NCBI RefSeq assembly: GCF_047602345.1
Contig: NZ_JASGHN010000001.1
Span: forward strand, 41,668-105,667
Direction of reading: 5' to 3'
Length of the DNA: 64,000 nucleotides
Source of the DNA: Arenimonas sp.
GTDB lineage: Bacteria; Pseudomonadota; Gammaproteobacteria; Xanthomonadales; Xanthomonadaceae
Below are positions 9,778 to 19,212 of this stretch, piece after piece. How positions within the stretch are numbered: the stretch's first letter is position 1; every line of letters starts with the position of its first letter. The position numbers were made by a program, and so were the translations under genes. The notes under the pieces were generated by a model that did no database searches, had not been told where the DNA came from, and saw only the letters and a program-made list of their open reading frames with translations.

Positions 9778-10731
9778 ATGCCCGTGCAGGTCTTACACGC
9801 CGCCATCCTACCCGACCCCCTGCGCGCGGCTCTCGGGGCCGCAGTGGACCAGATCAACGCGCTGGTCCTCGGGAAGTCGCGCGAGGTCCGCCTGGCCTTC
9901 GCGACCCTGCTGGCCGGCGGACACCTGCTGGTCGAAGACTTGCCAGGCCTGGGCAAGACCACGCTGGCCCGCGCGCTGGCCGCGACGCTGGGTCTGGATT
10001 TCCAGCGCATGCAGTTCACTTCCGATCTGCTGCCCTCGGACATCCTCGGCGTGTCGATCTTCGATCCGAATGCGCGCGAATTCCGCTTCCATGCCGGCCC
10101 GGTGTTCACGCAGTTGTTGCTGGCCGACGAGATCAATCGTGCGCCGCCACGCACGCAGAGCGCCCTGCTCGAAGCGATGGCCGAACACCAGGTCACCGTC
10201 GATGGCGTCGGCCATGGCCTGCCGCAACCTTTCTTCGTGATCGCCACGCAGAATCCGGTCGATCTCGCTGGTACCTTTCCCTTGCCCGATTCGCAACTCG
10301 ACCGCTTCCTCCTGCGCGTGCGGCTCGGCTACCCCGATGCGGCTTCGGAACGGGAGATGCTGTCGGGCAGCGACCGTCGCGAGATGATCGCGCAGGCGAT
10401 GCCCAAGCTTTCCACCGAAGACGTGCTGGCGCTGCGCGCCGCCGTCGCCCGCGTGCACGCCAGCGAGGCGCTGATCGCTTATGTGCAGGGCCTGCTCGGC
10501 GAGAGCCGCCGCCACCGCGGCGTCCGCGTCGGTCTGTCGCCACGCGCCGGCCTGGCTCTGCTGCAGGGCGCCCGCGCCCTCGCGCTGATCGATGGGCGTA
10601 CGCATGCGCTACCGGAGGACGTACAGGCTCTGTTCGTCGAAGTGGCGGCGCATCGGCTCGTGCCGGAGGCCGAGGCCGACTCGCGCGACGCGCTGGCGGC
10701 TTCGATCCTGAAATCGGTTGCCGTGGACTGA
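9778..10731 (+). CDS. MoxR family AAA+ ATPase
   Basis: HLLVEDLPGLGKTTLA, QFTSDLLPSD, LLADEINRAPPRTQSALLEAM, ATQNP, QLDRF; start trimmed to ATG 9778. Confidence 0.93.
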   Translation: MPVQVLHAAILPDPLRAALGAAVDQINALVLGKSREVRLAFATLLAGGHLLVEDLPGLGKTTLARALAATLGLDFQRMQFTSDLLPSDILGVSIFDPNAREFRFHAGPVFTQLLLADEINRAPPRTQSALLEAMAEHQVTVDGVGHGLPQPFFVIATQNPVDLAGTFPLPDSQLDRFLLRVRLGYPDAASEREMLSGSDRREMIAQAMPKLSTEDVLALRAAVARVHASEALIAYVQGLLGESRRHRGVRVGLSPRAGLALLQGARALALIDGRTHALPEDVQALFVEVAAHRLVPEAEADSRDALAASILKSVAVD

Positions 10732-11722
10732 GCGGGTGACCGCCCCGGCGCGCGATGCCGTCGAGCGTTTCGGCGATCAGCTCGCGAAGATCGCCCTGGT
10801 CCGGCCTCGCCATCCCGAAGCGTTGCCTATCCGGATCAATCGCAAACGCATCTTCATCCTGCCGACGGGCTTCGGGCTGTTCCTCGGCGTAGTGATCATC
10901 GCCATGCTGGTCGGCGGCCTGAACTACAACAACAACCCGGCCCTGTTGCTGGTGTTCTTGATCTTCGCGCTGGCGCACAACAGCTTCGTGCACGCGCACC
11001 TGATCCTGTCCGGCGTCCGCCTGAAGGCCCTGCATGCCGATGCCGTGCATGCCGGTCAGGCGATGCGACTGAAATTCCGCTTCGATGCCGAAGGCGCGCG
11101 CGACCGGCCCGGGCTGGAACTGCTCTGCGGCGACGTGCAAGGCTTGTTCTCCTTGCCGGCCGGCGGCGAAACGGAACTGGCGCTCGAAGTTCCCGTTTCG
11201 AAACGCGGCTGGTTCAGCGCCGGACGATTGCGCCTGAGCACGCAACGGCCGCTCGGCTTCGCACGCGCCTGGTCGTGGCTGCTGCCCGACACGCGACTGT
11301 TGGTCTACCCGCGACTCGATCCGGATGCGCCGCCCTTGCCCGAATCGCTGGGCGATGGCGACTCGCCGCGCACTCGCGCGCATGGCGAACAACCGCACCA
11401 CCTGCGCGACTATCGCACCGGCGACATGCCGCGGCAGATCGCCTGGAAAGCCTCGGCGCGCGCCGACAAACTGCTCGTGCGCGAATACGAATCGGCCGTG
11501 GCGCGCGACATCACGCTGGACTGGAACCAACTCGCAGGCCAGGACCATGAGGGCAGGATCAGTCGACTGGCGCGCTGGGTCGTGGAAGCCGAGCGCAGTG
11601 GCAGCCGTTACAGCCTGCGGCTGCCGATGCAGTTCCTGCCACCCGGCCGCGGCCCCGAACATCGCCATGCCTGTCTCCGCGCGCTGGCGCTGATGCCGGA
11701 AGCGGACGCGCGTCATGACTGA
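10718..11722 (+). CDS. DUF58 domain protein (MoxR partner)
   Basis: HLRDYRTGDMPRQIAWKASAR..LLVREYE; N-terminal TM pair with LNYNNN. Confidence 0.88.
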   Translation: MPWTERVTAPARDAVERFGDQLAKIALVRPRHPEALPIRINRKRIFILPTGFGLFLGVVIIAMLVGGLNYNNNPALLLVFLIFALAHNSFVHAHLILSGVRLKALHADAVHAGQAMRLKFRFDAEGARDRPGLELLCGDVQGLFSLPAGGETELALEVPVSKRGWFSAGRLRLSTQRPLGFARAWSWLLPDTRLLVYPRLDPDAPPLPESLGDGDSPRTRAHGEQPHHLRDYRTGDMPRQIAWKASARADKLLVREYESAVARDITLDWNQLAGQDHEGRISRLARWVVEAERSGSRYSLRLPMQFLPPGRGPEHRHACLRALALMPEADARHD

Positions 11723-13643
11723 AGCCCTGCCGACGGCACTCCGGCGTTTCGCCCTGCTGGCCGCCACCGCCTGCGCCCTGCCCTTGCTGATCCTGCAACC
11801 GGTTTGGCTGGCGCTGGTACTGCTCGCGACTTCCGCACTGTCGCTGTGGGGCGAAAAGGCATGGCCCGGCTGGCTGCGCATGCTGCTGGTGCTGACCATC
11901 GGCGGCCTGGTGATGGCGGCTTACGGCTTCCGTGTCGGGCGAGACACCGCCAGCGCCGGATTGCTGGCGATGTTGATGCTCAAGTCTTACGAAACCTACA
12001 GCGTGCGCGACGCGCGCAGCCTGCTGGGCTTCTCGCTGTTCGCGCCCTTCGCCGCTTTCCTGCAGGACCAAGGACCGATCACGCTGGGTCTGGCCCTGCC
12101 GGCGCTGTTGCTCTCGACGATGGCCTGGGCGGCCCTGCTGCAGGGTTCGGCGTCGCACTCCTGGAGCATGGTCTGGCGCGCCGCGCGTGCGCTGGCGATG
12201 GCCCTGCCGCTCGCTCTGGCCGGATTCTGGCTCTTCCCGCGCCTGGCCGCGCCGATGTGGGGCTTGCCGGACAACGCAATCGCACAGATGGGGCTGGGCG
12301 ATCGCATGACGCCTTTCGACTGGCAGGACGTGCTGGTCGACGATAGCGCGGCGATGCGCGTGCGCTTCTTCGGCGCCACGCCCGGTCGCGAGCAGATGTA
12401 CTGGCGCGGTCCGGTGCTGACGCGTTTCGACGGCGAGGCATGGGAACGCGACGATAGCGCGGCGCTCAAACCCGCGCCGCACGTGCAGGCGCGCGGTCAA
12501 ACGATCTCCTACGAGGTGATGCTGGAACCGACCAGCCGACGGGACTTGCCGGTGCTGGAACTTCCGCTGGATGCGCCGGCCGAATCGCGCATCAACAGCG
12601 AATTGACCGCGATCCATTCCGCGCCGGTCGAGAACCTGATCCGTTACGAAGGCCATTCGGCGCCGAACTCGGTGATCGTCGCGGAACTCGCCGATGGCGA
12701 GAAGCGGGCACTGTTGTCCCTGCCGCCCAATCGCGATCCGCGGGTGCGCGCGCTGGCCCGGCAATGGGTGGCCGAAACGCCGGACCCCGAACGATTGACG
12801 AATCGGTTCCTCGACTGGATGCGGCGCGATTTCAAGTACACGCTGGCGGCGCCGCCCCTCGGTTACAACGCCACCGACGAGTTCCTGTTCAGCACCCGGC
12901 TGGGCTTCTGTCAGCATTTCAGTTCCGCCTATGTCGTGTTCATGCGCGCCGCCGGCGTCCCGGCGCGTATCGTCACCGGTTACGTCGGTGGGCGTTACAA
13001 CAACATCGGCGACTATTGGCGCATCAATCGCAAGGACGCGCACGCCTGGGCCGAAGTGTGGATCGAGGGGCATGGCTGGAAACGCGTCGACCCAACCGCC
13101 GCCATCGCGCCGGAAAACATCCTCGACACGGTGGACGACCTGCAGGCGCAGCAGGAGCAGGGCGGCATCGCGGGATTAGCCGGCAGCATGCTCGAACCGA
13201 TGTTCGATAGCGGCGACTTCCTGCGCCGGCAATGGAACGAGCTCGTGCTCGGCTTCGATTCGGCACGCCAGAAGGGATTGCTGAAACCTTTCGGCATCGA
13301 AGAAGCCGACAACTGGCAACTGGTGCTGGCGTTCGCCATTGGCGCGGTGATCGCGCTGGCGATTACCCTGCTCCTGCTGCTGCGCCAGCATCGCGACCGC
13401 AGCGACCCGTTGGTGCGGGCCTGGCGCAAGCTCGTGCGTCGCCTGGCGCGCACCGGCCTGCGCAAGCACGAGTCCGAACCGCCGCTGACCTTCGTCGAAC
13501 GCGCCGGCAGGGAACGACCCGCACTGGCCGATCGCCTGCTTGCGCTGGGTCGTCGCTACAGCGACTGGCGCTATGCCGGCCATCGCCTCGAAGCCGCCGA
13601 GAAAACGCAGCTGATCAGGGATCTGCGCGATTTCCGCGCCTGA
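11715..13643 (+). CDS. Membrane transglutaminase-like protein (DUF3488/TgpA family)
   Basis: N-terminal TM bundle; MYWRGPVL; GFCQHF, AHAWAEVW and VDPT Cys-His-Asp triad. Confidence 0.88.
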   Translation: MTEALPTALRRFALLAATACALPLLILQPVWLALVLLATSALSLWGEKAWPGWLRMLLVLTIGGLVMAAYGFRVGRDTASAGLLAMLMLKSYETYSVRDARSLLGFSLFAPFAAFLQDQGPITLGLALPALLLSTMAWAALLQGSASHSWSMVWRAARALAMALPLALAGFWLFPRLAAPMWGLPDNAIAQMGLGDRMTPFDWQDVLVDDSAAMRVRFFGATPGREQMYWRGPVLTRFDGEAWERDDSAALKPAPHVQARGQTISYEVMLEPTSRRDLPVLELPLDAPAESRINSELTAIHSAPVENLIRYEGHSAPNSVIVAELADGEKRALLSLPPNRDPRVRALARQWVAETPDPERLTNRFLDWMRRDFKYTLAAPPLGYNATDEFLFSTRLGFCQHFSSAYVVFMRAAGVPARIVTGYVGGRYNNIGDYWRINRKDAHAWAEVWIEGHGWKRVDPTAAIAPENILDTVDDLQAQQEQGGIAGLAGSMLEPMFDSGDFLRRQWNELVLGFDSARQKGLLKPFGIEEADNWQLVLAFAIGAVIALAITLLLLLRQHRDRSDPLVRAWRKLVRRLARTGLRKHESEPPLTFVERAGRERPALADRLLALGRRYSDWRYAGHRLEAAEKTQLIRDLRDFRA

Positions 13644-13676
13644 ACGGCTCCGGCCGCGAAGAACTGCCGTGCGCGA

Positions 13677-14069
13677 CTACAACGCGCGATAGAACTGCAG
13701 GCTGTTGCCGGCGGGATCGCGCAGATGGAACTCACGCGTTCCCCATGGCGTGTCGGCCGGCAGGGCCCAGGGACTGCCATCGGCGCTTTCCGCCGTCGCT
13801 GCGCCGCTGGCGGCGAACTCTTCGTACATGGCCTCGACGTCGTGCACGTAGAAACGGCAGGCGGCGCGATCGGTCGGATACGCCCATTGCTGTGGATCCG
13901 CCCATTGCAGGTGCAGTTCCAGCCCGTCGCGCCGAACCACGGCGTAGCGCGGAGACGACGCCGAATCGGCGAATATCTCTTCGAAACCGAGCAGCGCATA
14001 GAAGCGCAACGACTGCCGTACGTCCCTGGCCGCCAGTACCGGATGAATTGCCAACAGCCTCGCGCCCAT
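13677..14069 (-). CDS. VOC/glyoxalase/bleomycin-resistance family protein
   Basis: SLRFYALLGF, GLELHL, DTPWGTREFHLRDPAGNSLQF. Confidence 0.85.
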   Translation of the reverse strand: MGARLLAIHPVLAARDVRQSLRFYALLGFEEIFADSASSPRYAVVRRDGLELHLQWADPQQWAYPTDRAACRFYVHDVEAMYEEFAASGAATAESADGSPWALPADTPWGTREFHLRDPAGNSLQFYRAL

Positions 14070-14090
14070 GAGCGCCTCCGCTCGCCTGCG

Positions 14091-14435
14091 TCAGCCGAAA
14101 CCGCCATCCATCGTCCGACCCGCCAGCAGATGCAGGTGGATATGGAACACCGTTTGCCCGCCCTCGCGATTGCAGTTCATCACCAGGCGATAGCCGCGAT
14201 CGGCGAAGCCCTGCGTCTTGGCGTAGTCCGCCGCGGCCAGCATCATGCGGCCGAGCAGCTCCGCCTCGCTCGCGGGTACGTCGTTGAGGGTCGAATAGTG
14301 CTGCTTCGGCACGAACAGGACATGCACCGGCGCCTGCGGCGAAATGTCCTTGAAGGCGATCAGCCTTTCGTCCTCGTAAACGATGTCGGCGGGAATCTCG
14401 CGACGGATGATGCGGGAGAAGATGCTGTCGCTCAT
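14091..14435 (-). CDS. hinT: Histidine triad nucleotide-binding protein
   Basis: IFSRII, DISPQAPVHVLFVPK, GQTVFHIHLHLL HIT motif. Confidence 0.93.
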   Translation of the reverse strand: MSDSIFSRIIRREIPADIVYEDERLIAFKDISPQAPVHVLFVPKQHYSTLNDVPASEAELLGRMMLAAADYAKTQGFADRGYRLVMNCNREGGQTVFHIHLHLLAGRTMDGGFG

Positions 14436-14461
14436 GCGGATTCCTCCATTGCCAGTCGCGA

Positions 14462-15184
14462 TTATTCGGCCTTGTCCGGTTTCGCGCCAGCCTCCGCCGG
14501 CGGAATCTTCGAACAGTCGCCGCCCAGCCTTTGGGCGAAACCTTCGGTGCGGTAGCCGAGTTCGCGCGGATCGTCGCGCGCGATCAGGTATTCGACCCGG
14601 CGCAGCTCGTCCGTCCCGGCATCGAGCACCCAGGCATCGACGGGACCATCCGGCGTCGACACCGACTCGCTACCCTTCACCCGCACGCGGAACTCACCGA
14701 GGCCCTTGTCGTACTGGTAGAACGGCACGCGATACTCGCCCTTCGGTTCCAGCGGCAGCGCGGCGAACATGACACCGAACAGATTGCCTTCCCATACCGG
14801 CTGCGGCAGCGGCACATGGACCACAGTCGTGCGTCCGTCCTTTTCGACGCGGCGACCGGCCACGACGCCGTCGGAATAGTCGAGCACGACATGCGTCTCG
14901 CCCCGGCGCCGATTCTCGAAATGGATCGGCCGCAGCGTCTTGCCGTCGAGCACGAAGCTGTCGCGCATGTCGAAACCGCCGGGCGCCTGCTGGTGGATAA
15001 GCACATGCAGTTCGTCCTTGCCGTCCGTGCGCACGCGTCGCACGGTCTGCCTGACCTGCCCGACATCGGTGCTCTTGCCGTCGCGGATCGTGCTGATGGT
15101 GAAGCAGGCGTCCTGCTCGGCGATCCGACCGCCTTCGGGCAGCGCGGACGGGGCGGCCAGGGCCAGCAACAGGATCGGACTCAT
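14462..15184 (-). CDS. Secreted beta-rich hypothetical protein (DUF3108-like)
   Basis: Short signal-like N-terminus; alternating beta-strand pattern; ESVSTPDGPVDAWVL motif resembles DUF3108-type proteins. Confidence 0.55.
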   Translation of the reverse strand: MSPILLLALAAPSALPEGGRIAEQDACFTISTIRDGKSTDVGQVRQTVRRVRTDGKDELHVLIHQQAPGGFDMRDSFVLDGKTLRPIHFENRRRGETHVVLDYSDGVVAGRRVEKDGRTTVVHVPLPQPVWEGNLFGVMFAALPLEPKGEYRVPFYQYDKGLGEFRVRVKGSESVSTPDGPVDAWVLDAGTDELRRVEYLIARDDPRELGYRTEGFAQRLGGDCSKIPPAEAGAKPDKAE

Positions 15185-15215
15185 CGCAGACTCCCTTCAA
15201 ACAAAACGCGGCATC

Positions 15216-15812
15216 TCAGGACTCGACTTCCAGGCGCGAACCGAAGGCATGCGCCAAGGTCCCGCGATCGACGTATTCCAGCTCGCCACCGAGGGGCACG
15301 CCATGCGCCAGCCGGCTCGGCCGTACACCGGCCTGACGCGCCAATTGCGCGAGGTAGTGCGCTGTCGCCTCGCCCTCGACGGTCGGATTGGTGGCGATGA
15401 TCAGTTCCTTCGCTTCGCCTTCGGCCAGTCGCGCAGCAAGCTGGTCCAGGCCGAGTTCGCGCGGACCGATGCCATCGAGCGGCGACAGGCGCCCCTGCAG
15501 GACGAAATACAGGCCGCGATAGCCGGTGGCCTGTTCGATGACGAGACGGTCGGCCGGGCTCTCGACCGCGCACAGCAGGCTGCGTTCGCGCGATGCGCTG
15601 GCGCAGGTCGGGCACAGAGGTGTTTCGCTGAAGTCGCGGCACTGGCCGCAATGACCGATGCGCTCGATCGCTTCTTTCAGCGCATCGGAAAGACGTTGCC
15701 CGCCCTCGCGATTGCGTTCGAGCAGGTGGTAGGCCATGCGCTGCGCGGACTTCTGCCCCACGCCTGGTAGGCAGCGCAGCGCATCGATCAGCTGTTCCAA
15801 AAGGGATGACAT
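15216..15812 (-). CDS. recR: Recombination mediator RecR
   Basis: [29 protein letters not shown] zinc finger, Toprim [11 protein letters not shown]. Confidence 0.97.
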   Translation of the reverse strand: MSSLLEQLIDALRCLPGVGQKSAQRMAYHLLERNREGGQRLSDALKEAIERIGHCGQCRDFSETPLCPTCASASRERSLLCAVESPADRLVIEQATGYRGLYFVLQGRLSPLDGIGPRELGLDQLAARLAEGEAKELIIATNPTVEGEATAHYLAQLARQAGVRPSRLAHGVPLGGELEYVDRGTLAHAFGSRLEVES

Positions 15813-15898
15813 TACGCATGCCCCGCGCAATGGCAGAGGTCGGCCGAAGATCGGGCGCACACGGATGCGCGCCCGGCGTGCGCCTCAGGCGCGCGCCG

Positions 15899-15932
15899 GC
15901 GTCGGGAGAAAACCACGCTTTTCTCCCGACGC
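15899..15932. terminator. 14-bp hairpin between ybaB and recR
   Basis: GCGTCGGGAGAAAA-CCACGC-TTTTCTCCCGACGC perfect inverted repeat. Confidence 0.55.
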
Positions 15933-15966
15933 ACGAATGTGGCGGCAGGACGCCACATCATCCGTC

Positions 15967-16293
15967 TTAAAAAAGCCCCGGCAGCTTCATTCCCGGCGGC
16001 AAGGGCATGCCTGCGGTGGCGGCCGACATGCGCCTGGCGCTTTCGGCATTCGCCTTGCCGACGGCATCGTTGAATGCGGCCGCCATCAGATCCTCGAGCA
16101 TCTCGGCGTCGGCCAGCACCGAAGGGTCGATGTGCACGCGGCGCGTCTCCATCTTGCCGGTCATCGTGACGCTCACCATGCCGCCACCGGACTGACCGGT
16201 GACTTCGAGTTGGGCCAGTTCCAGTTCGGCGCGCTTGAGGTTCTCCTGCATGCGCTGCGCCTGCTGCATCATCTGCGCGATATTGCCTTTCAT
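15967..16293 (-). CDS. ybaB: YbaB/EbfC nucleoid-associated protein
   Basis: [38 protein letters not shown]; dnaX-ybaB-recR synteny. Confidence 0.95.
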   Translation of the reverse strand: MKGNIAQMMQQAQRMQENLKRAELELAQLEVTGQSGGGMVSVTMTGKMETRRVHIDPSVLADAEMLEDLMAAAFNDAVGKANAESARRMSAATAGMPLPPGMKLPGLF

Positions 16294-17981
16294 CTTTCGC
16301 TCGCTTGGTCCAGGGGTTTGATCGAATCGGGCACGACCTTGCCGCCCTGCCCGATGAGTTGCGCCACGATCGGATCGGCCATGAAGGAGCTCTCGGCGCC
16401 GCTCTGGCGTTCGCTGCGCTGGCGCTGGTTGCGGTCGTGCAAGGTCTCGCCGTTGGCCGCGATCTTTTCGAAACGGATTTTCGGCGCGGCGCCGAGCGCC
16501 GACGCCAGATCCTGCGAAAGGCGCTTCAGCAGGTTGTCGGAGCGCAGGTGCTCGAAGGCGTCGGGCAAGCTCAGGCTGAGGACGCCATCGGCGTAGGCGC
16601 AAAAGCCACTATGCGAAGCGAGTTCACGCACCGGTCCTTTCAGTCCGGCATTGCCGATCAGAACGAGCCAGTCCTCCGCGTTGCGCAAGGGCATGCGCGC
16701 GATCGCATCCTCCGCCGGTGTCGCCGCGGCCGTAACGGCCTCGCGCACCGGCTCTGCGGCGCGGGCGATCGACGGCGCCACGGGCGAGGGCGATGCGGTA
16801 GGCGCCGCAAGCGGCATCGCCGACGGCGCGACGGTGGATCGCGGCGCGCCGATCGCAGCTTGCGAAGATCGCGGCGACGACGCTGTCTCGCCCGTGCCCG
16901 AACCGCTGGGCCTGAACGCAAGCATGCGCAGCAGGGCCATCTCGAATCCTGCACGCGGACTCGGCGCGAAACCGATATCGCGGCGCCCGCCAACCGCCAT
17001 CTGGTACCAGAGCTGCACCAATTCCGGCGCGAGACGGGAGGCAAGACCTGCTGCATCCACGCGCGAACCTTCGCTCTCGAAACCGGGCACCAGCTGATGC
17101 AACTGGATGCGATGCAGTTCGCTGGCCAGGTCTTCCAGCACCTGGGCGAAATCGGGCGAAAACTGCGCCATCGCTTCCACTTCGGCGATCAATCGCGCGC
17201 CATCGCCTTCGGCCAGGGCTTCGATCAAAGCGCCGACCTGTGCGCGCTCGACGGTGCCGAGCATGGCGTTGACGGCGGACTCGTCGAGCTTTCCGCCCGT
17301 ATAGGCGATAGCCTGGTCGAGCAGGGACAAGCCGTCACGTAGGCTGCCATCGGCCGCGCGCGCCAGCAAGCCGATCGCACCCGGCTCGGAAGCGATGCCT
17401 TCGGCTTCGAGGATGCGCTGCATCTGTCCGGCGATCTGACCCTGTTCGAGCCGACGCAGGTTGAACTGCAGGCAACGCGACAGGACGGTGACCGGAAGCT
17501 TCTGCGGGTCGGTGGTGGCGAGCAGGAACTTGACGTGACCGGGCGGCTCTTCCAGCGTCTTGAGCAACGCGTTGAACGCACTCTTCGACAGCATGTGCAC
17601 TTCGTCGATGAGGTAGACCTTGGTGCGCCCGCGTGCCGGCATGTACTGCGCGTTCTCGATCAGCGCGCGGACGTCGTCCACGCCGGTGTTGCTGGCGGCG
17701 TCGATCTCGAGCAGATCGACGAAGCGCCCGGCGTCGATATCCAGGCAGGCGGCGCACTCACCGCAGGGCTCGGCCGATGTACCGCGATCGCAGTTCAGGC
17801 TCTTGGCGAAGATGCGGGCGATCGTGGTCTTGCCGACGCCGCGCGTACCGGTGAACAGGAAGGCATGGTGGACGCGGCCCGTGTCGAGGGCATTGGTCAG
17901 CGCACGCACCACGTGTTCCTGCCCCACCAGTTCGGCAAAGCGCCGGGGGCGCCATTTACGGGCAAGGACCAGATAGGACAT
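16290..17981 (-). CDS. dnaX: DNA polymerase III subunit gamma/tau
   Basis: [32 protein letters not shown] motif. Confidence 0.98.
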   Translation of the reverse strand: MSYLVLARKWRPRRFAELVGQEHVVRALTNALDTGRVHHAFLFTGTRGVGKTTIARIFAKSLNCDRGTSAEPCGECAACLDIDAGRFVDLLEIDAASNTGVDDVRALIENAQYMPARGRTKVYLIDEVHMLSKSAFNALLKTLEEPPGHVKFLLATTDPQKLPVTVLSRCLQFNLRRLEQGQIAGQMQRILEAEGIASEPGAIGLLARAADGSLRDGLSLLDQAIAYTGGKLDESAVNAMLGTVERAQVGALIEALAEGDGARLIAEVEAMAQFSPDFAQVLEDLASELHRIQLHQLVPGFESEGSRVDAAGLASRLAPELVQLWYQMAVGGRRDIGFAPSPRAGFEMALLRMLAFRPSGSGTGETASSPRSSQAAIGAPRSTVAPSAMPLAAPTASPSPVAPSIARAAEPVREAVTAAATPAEDAIARMPLRNAEDWLVLIGNAGLKGPVRELASHSGFCAYADGVLSLSLPDAFEHLRSDNLLKRLSQDLASALGAAPKIRFEKIAANGETLHDRNQRQRSERQSGAESSFMADPIVAQLIGQGGKVVPDSIKPLDQASER

Positions 17982-18053
17982 GGGGGTGCTCAGACGGAAC
18001 CCGGTCATTGTGCCTACCGCCCCGCCCCCGGCCAAGCGCCAGGAAGGTTCAGG

Positions 18054-18082
18054 TTGTCCGCCCCCGGCCGCTCAGGTAGAAT
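18054..18082 (+). promoter_or_regulatory. Sigma70 promoter for tRNA-Ser(GGA)/ffs
   Basis: TTGTCC-17 nt-TAGAAT. Confidence 0.7.
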
Positions 18083-18137
18083 TTCGCGTTCGATTCAGGC
18101 GGTTATGCCGCTTGATTCGAGATCGTGCGACAGGCGC

Positions 18138-18230
18138 GGAGAGGTGTCCGAGTGGTTGAAGGAGCACGCCTGGAAAGTGTGTAAGCGTCTAAACCGCGCT
18201 TCGGGGGTTCGAATCCCCCTCTCTCCGCCA
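18138..18230 (+). tRNA. tRNA-Ser(GGA)
   Basis: Cloverleaf with long variable arm, anticodon loop CT-GGA-AA, GGTTCGAATCC, encoded CCA. Confidence 0.97.
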
Positions 18231-18280
18231 GTTTTGAGTTGTCGAAGACTTTCCGCTCGCGATAGCTTTCGCCTGCAAGT

Positions 18281-18401
18281 GGAAAGAGGGGGTGAGAACC
18301 CCCGAGGGTTCGACGGATCGGCAAGATTGCCGATCCGGACGGCGAAGCCGCCCGCAGGGCGAGGCACAGGATGTGCCGAGTCAATCTCCCTCTCTCCGCC
18401 A
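18281..18401 (+). repeat. tRNA-Ser-linked structured element (copy 1), ending in a duplicate of the tRNA 3' end
   Basis: Ends in CCCTCTCTCCGCCA (14 nt identical to the tRNA 3' end, offset 171); homologous to the reverse complement of 51950-52069 and 52109-52228. Confidence 0.85.
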
Positions 18402-18419
18402 AATCGCCAGTTCGTACGT

Positions 18420-18446
18420 AGCGCGGCCACGCCGCGCTTTCGTTTC
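18420..18446 (+). terminator. Terminator-like hairpin between the tRNA-Ser element and ffs
   Basis: AGCGCGGC-CAC-GCCGCGCT followed by TTCGTTTC. Confidence 0.45.
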
Positions 18447-18449
18447 TAT

Positions 18450-18560
18450 GGTGGCCCCGTCGGCCCCTCGCGACGATAGGTCGAAAACCCCGCCAGGGCC
18501 GGAAGGCAGCAACGGTATTGACCGATTCGGGTGCCGAGACCAGCCGGCGGGGCTGCCACC
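18450..18560 (+). ncRNA. ffs: Signal recognition particle 4.5S RNA
   Basis: Domain IV core CAGGGCCGGAAGGCAGCA with GGAA tetraloop; GGTGGC...GCCACC terminal stem; dnaX-adjacent position. Confidence 0.92.
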
Positions 18561-18638
18561 CTCTTCGAATTCCTTTCGCGATCGTTGGCGAAACTTCGCC
18601 GGCTCCTGTCGCCCTGTCCGGCCTTCATCGCAGGCAGC

Positions 18639-18692
18639 CAGCAACGGTCGACCGATTCGGGAGCCGAGACCCGCCGGCGGGGCTGCCACCCT
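18639..18692 (+). repeat. Degenerate direct repeat of the SRP RNA 3' half
   Basis: CAGCAACGGT-C-GACCGATTCGGG-A-GCCGAGACC-C-GCCGGCGGGGCTGCCACCCT versus 18507-18562. Confidence 0.9.
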
Positions 18693-18693
18693 T

Positions 18694-19179
18694 TCAGATA
18701 TCGCCGACGTCGCGCTTGCCGCCGCGCTTGCCCAGCAACTTGGCCGGCCCGACCACGATGGCATGCGACAGCGCCTTGCACATGTCGTACACGGTCAGCG
18801 CGGCGATGCTCGCGCCAGTCATCGCTTCCATCTCCACCCCAGTGCGATGTGCGGTCTTCACCGTGCATTCGATGCGCAGCGTGTTGCCGCCGGCCCAAGC
18901 CACGTCGAAACGGCAACCATCTATCGGCAGCGGATGACAGAACGGGATCAGCTCATGCGTGCGCTTGACCGCCATCGTGCCGGCGATGATCGCGGTATCG
19001 ATCACCGCGCCCTTGGCGGTTTTCAGCTCGGATTCGCGCAGCACCGCAGCGACTTTCGCCGGGAACCTGACGCGACATTCCGCCCTCGCCTCGCGCACGG
19101 TGACCGGTTTCGATGAAACGTCGACCATCGCCGGACGTCCGGCCTTATCCACGTGGGTAAGTCGCGATTTCCCTTTCAT
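18694..19179 (-). CDS. moaC: Cyclic pyranopterin monophosphate synthase MoaC
   Basis: [46 protein letters not shown]. Confidence 0.96.
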   Translation of the reverse strand: MKGKSRLTHVDKAGRPAMVDVSSKPVTVREARAECRVRFPAKVAAVLRESELKTAKGAVIDTAIIAGTMAVKRTHELIPFCHPLPIDGCRFDVAWAGGNTLRIECTVKTAHRTGVEMEAMTGASIAALTVYDMCKALSHAIVVGPAKLLGKRGGKRDVGDI

Positions 19180-19212
19180 GCCGCTCTCCTGCCTTACGTC
19201 CGCCGGCGCAGT

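Noticed and set aside
16290-17981. Programmed -1 frameshift in dnaX (gamma subunit)
   Set aside because: No A-AAA-AAG or long A-run slippery site seen in the linker
18095-18937. Short ORFs over tRNA-Ser(GGA), the element and ffs
   Set aside because: Shadow frames of structured RNA genes and repeats
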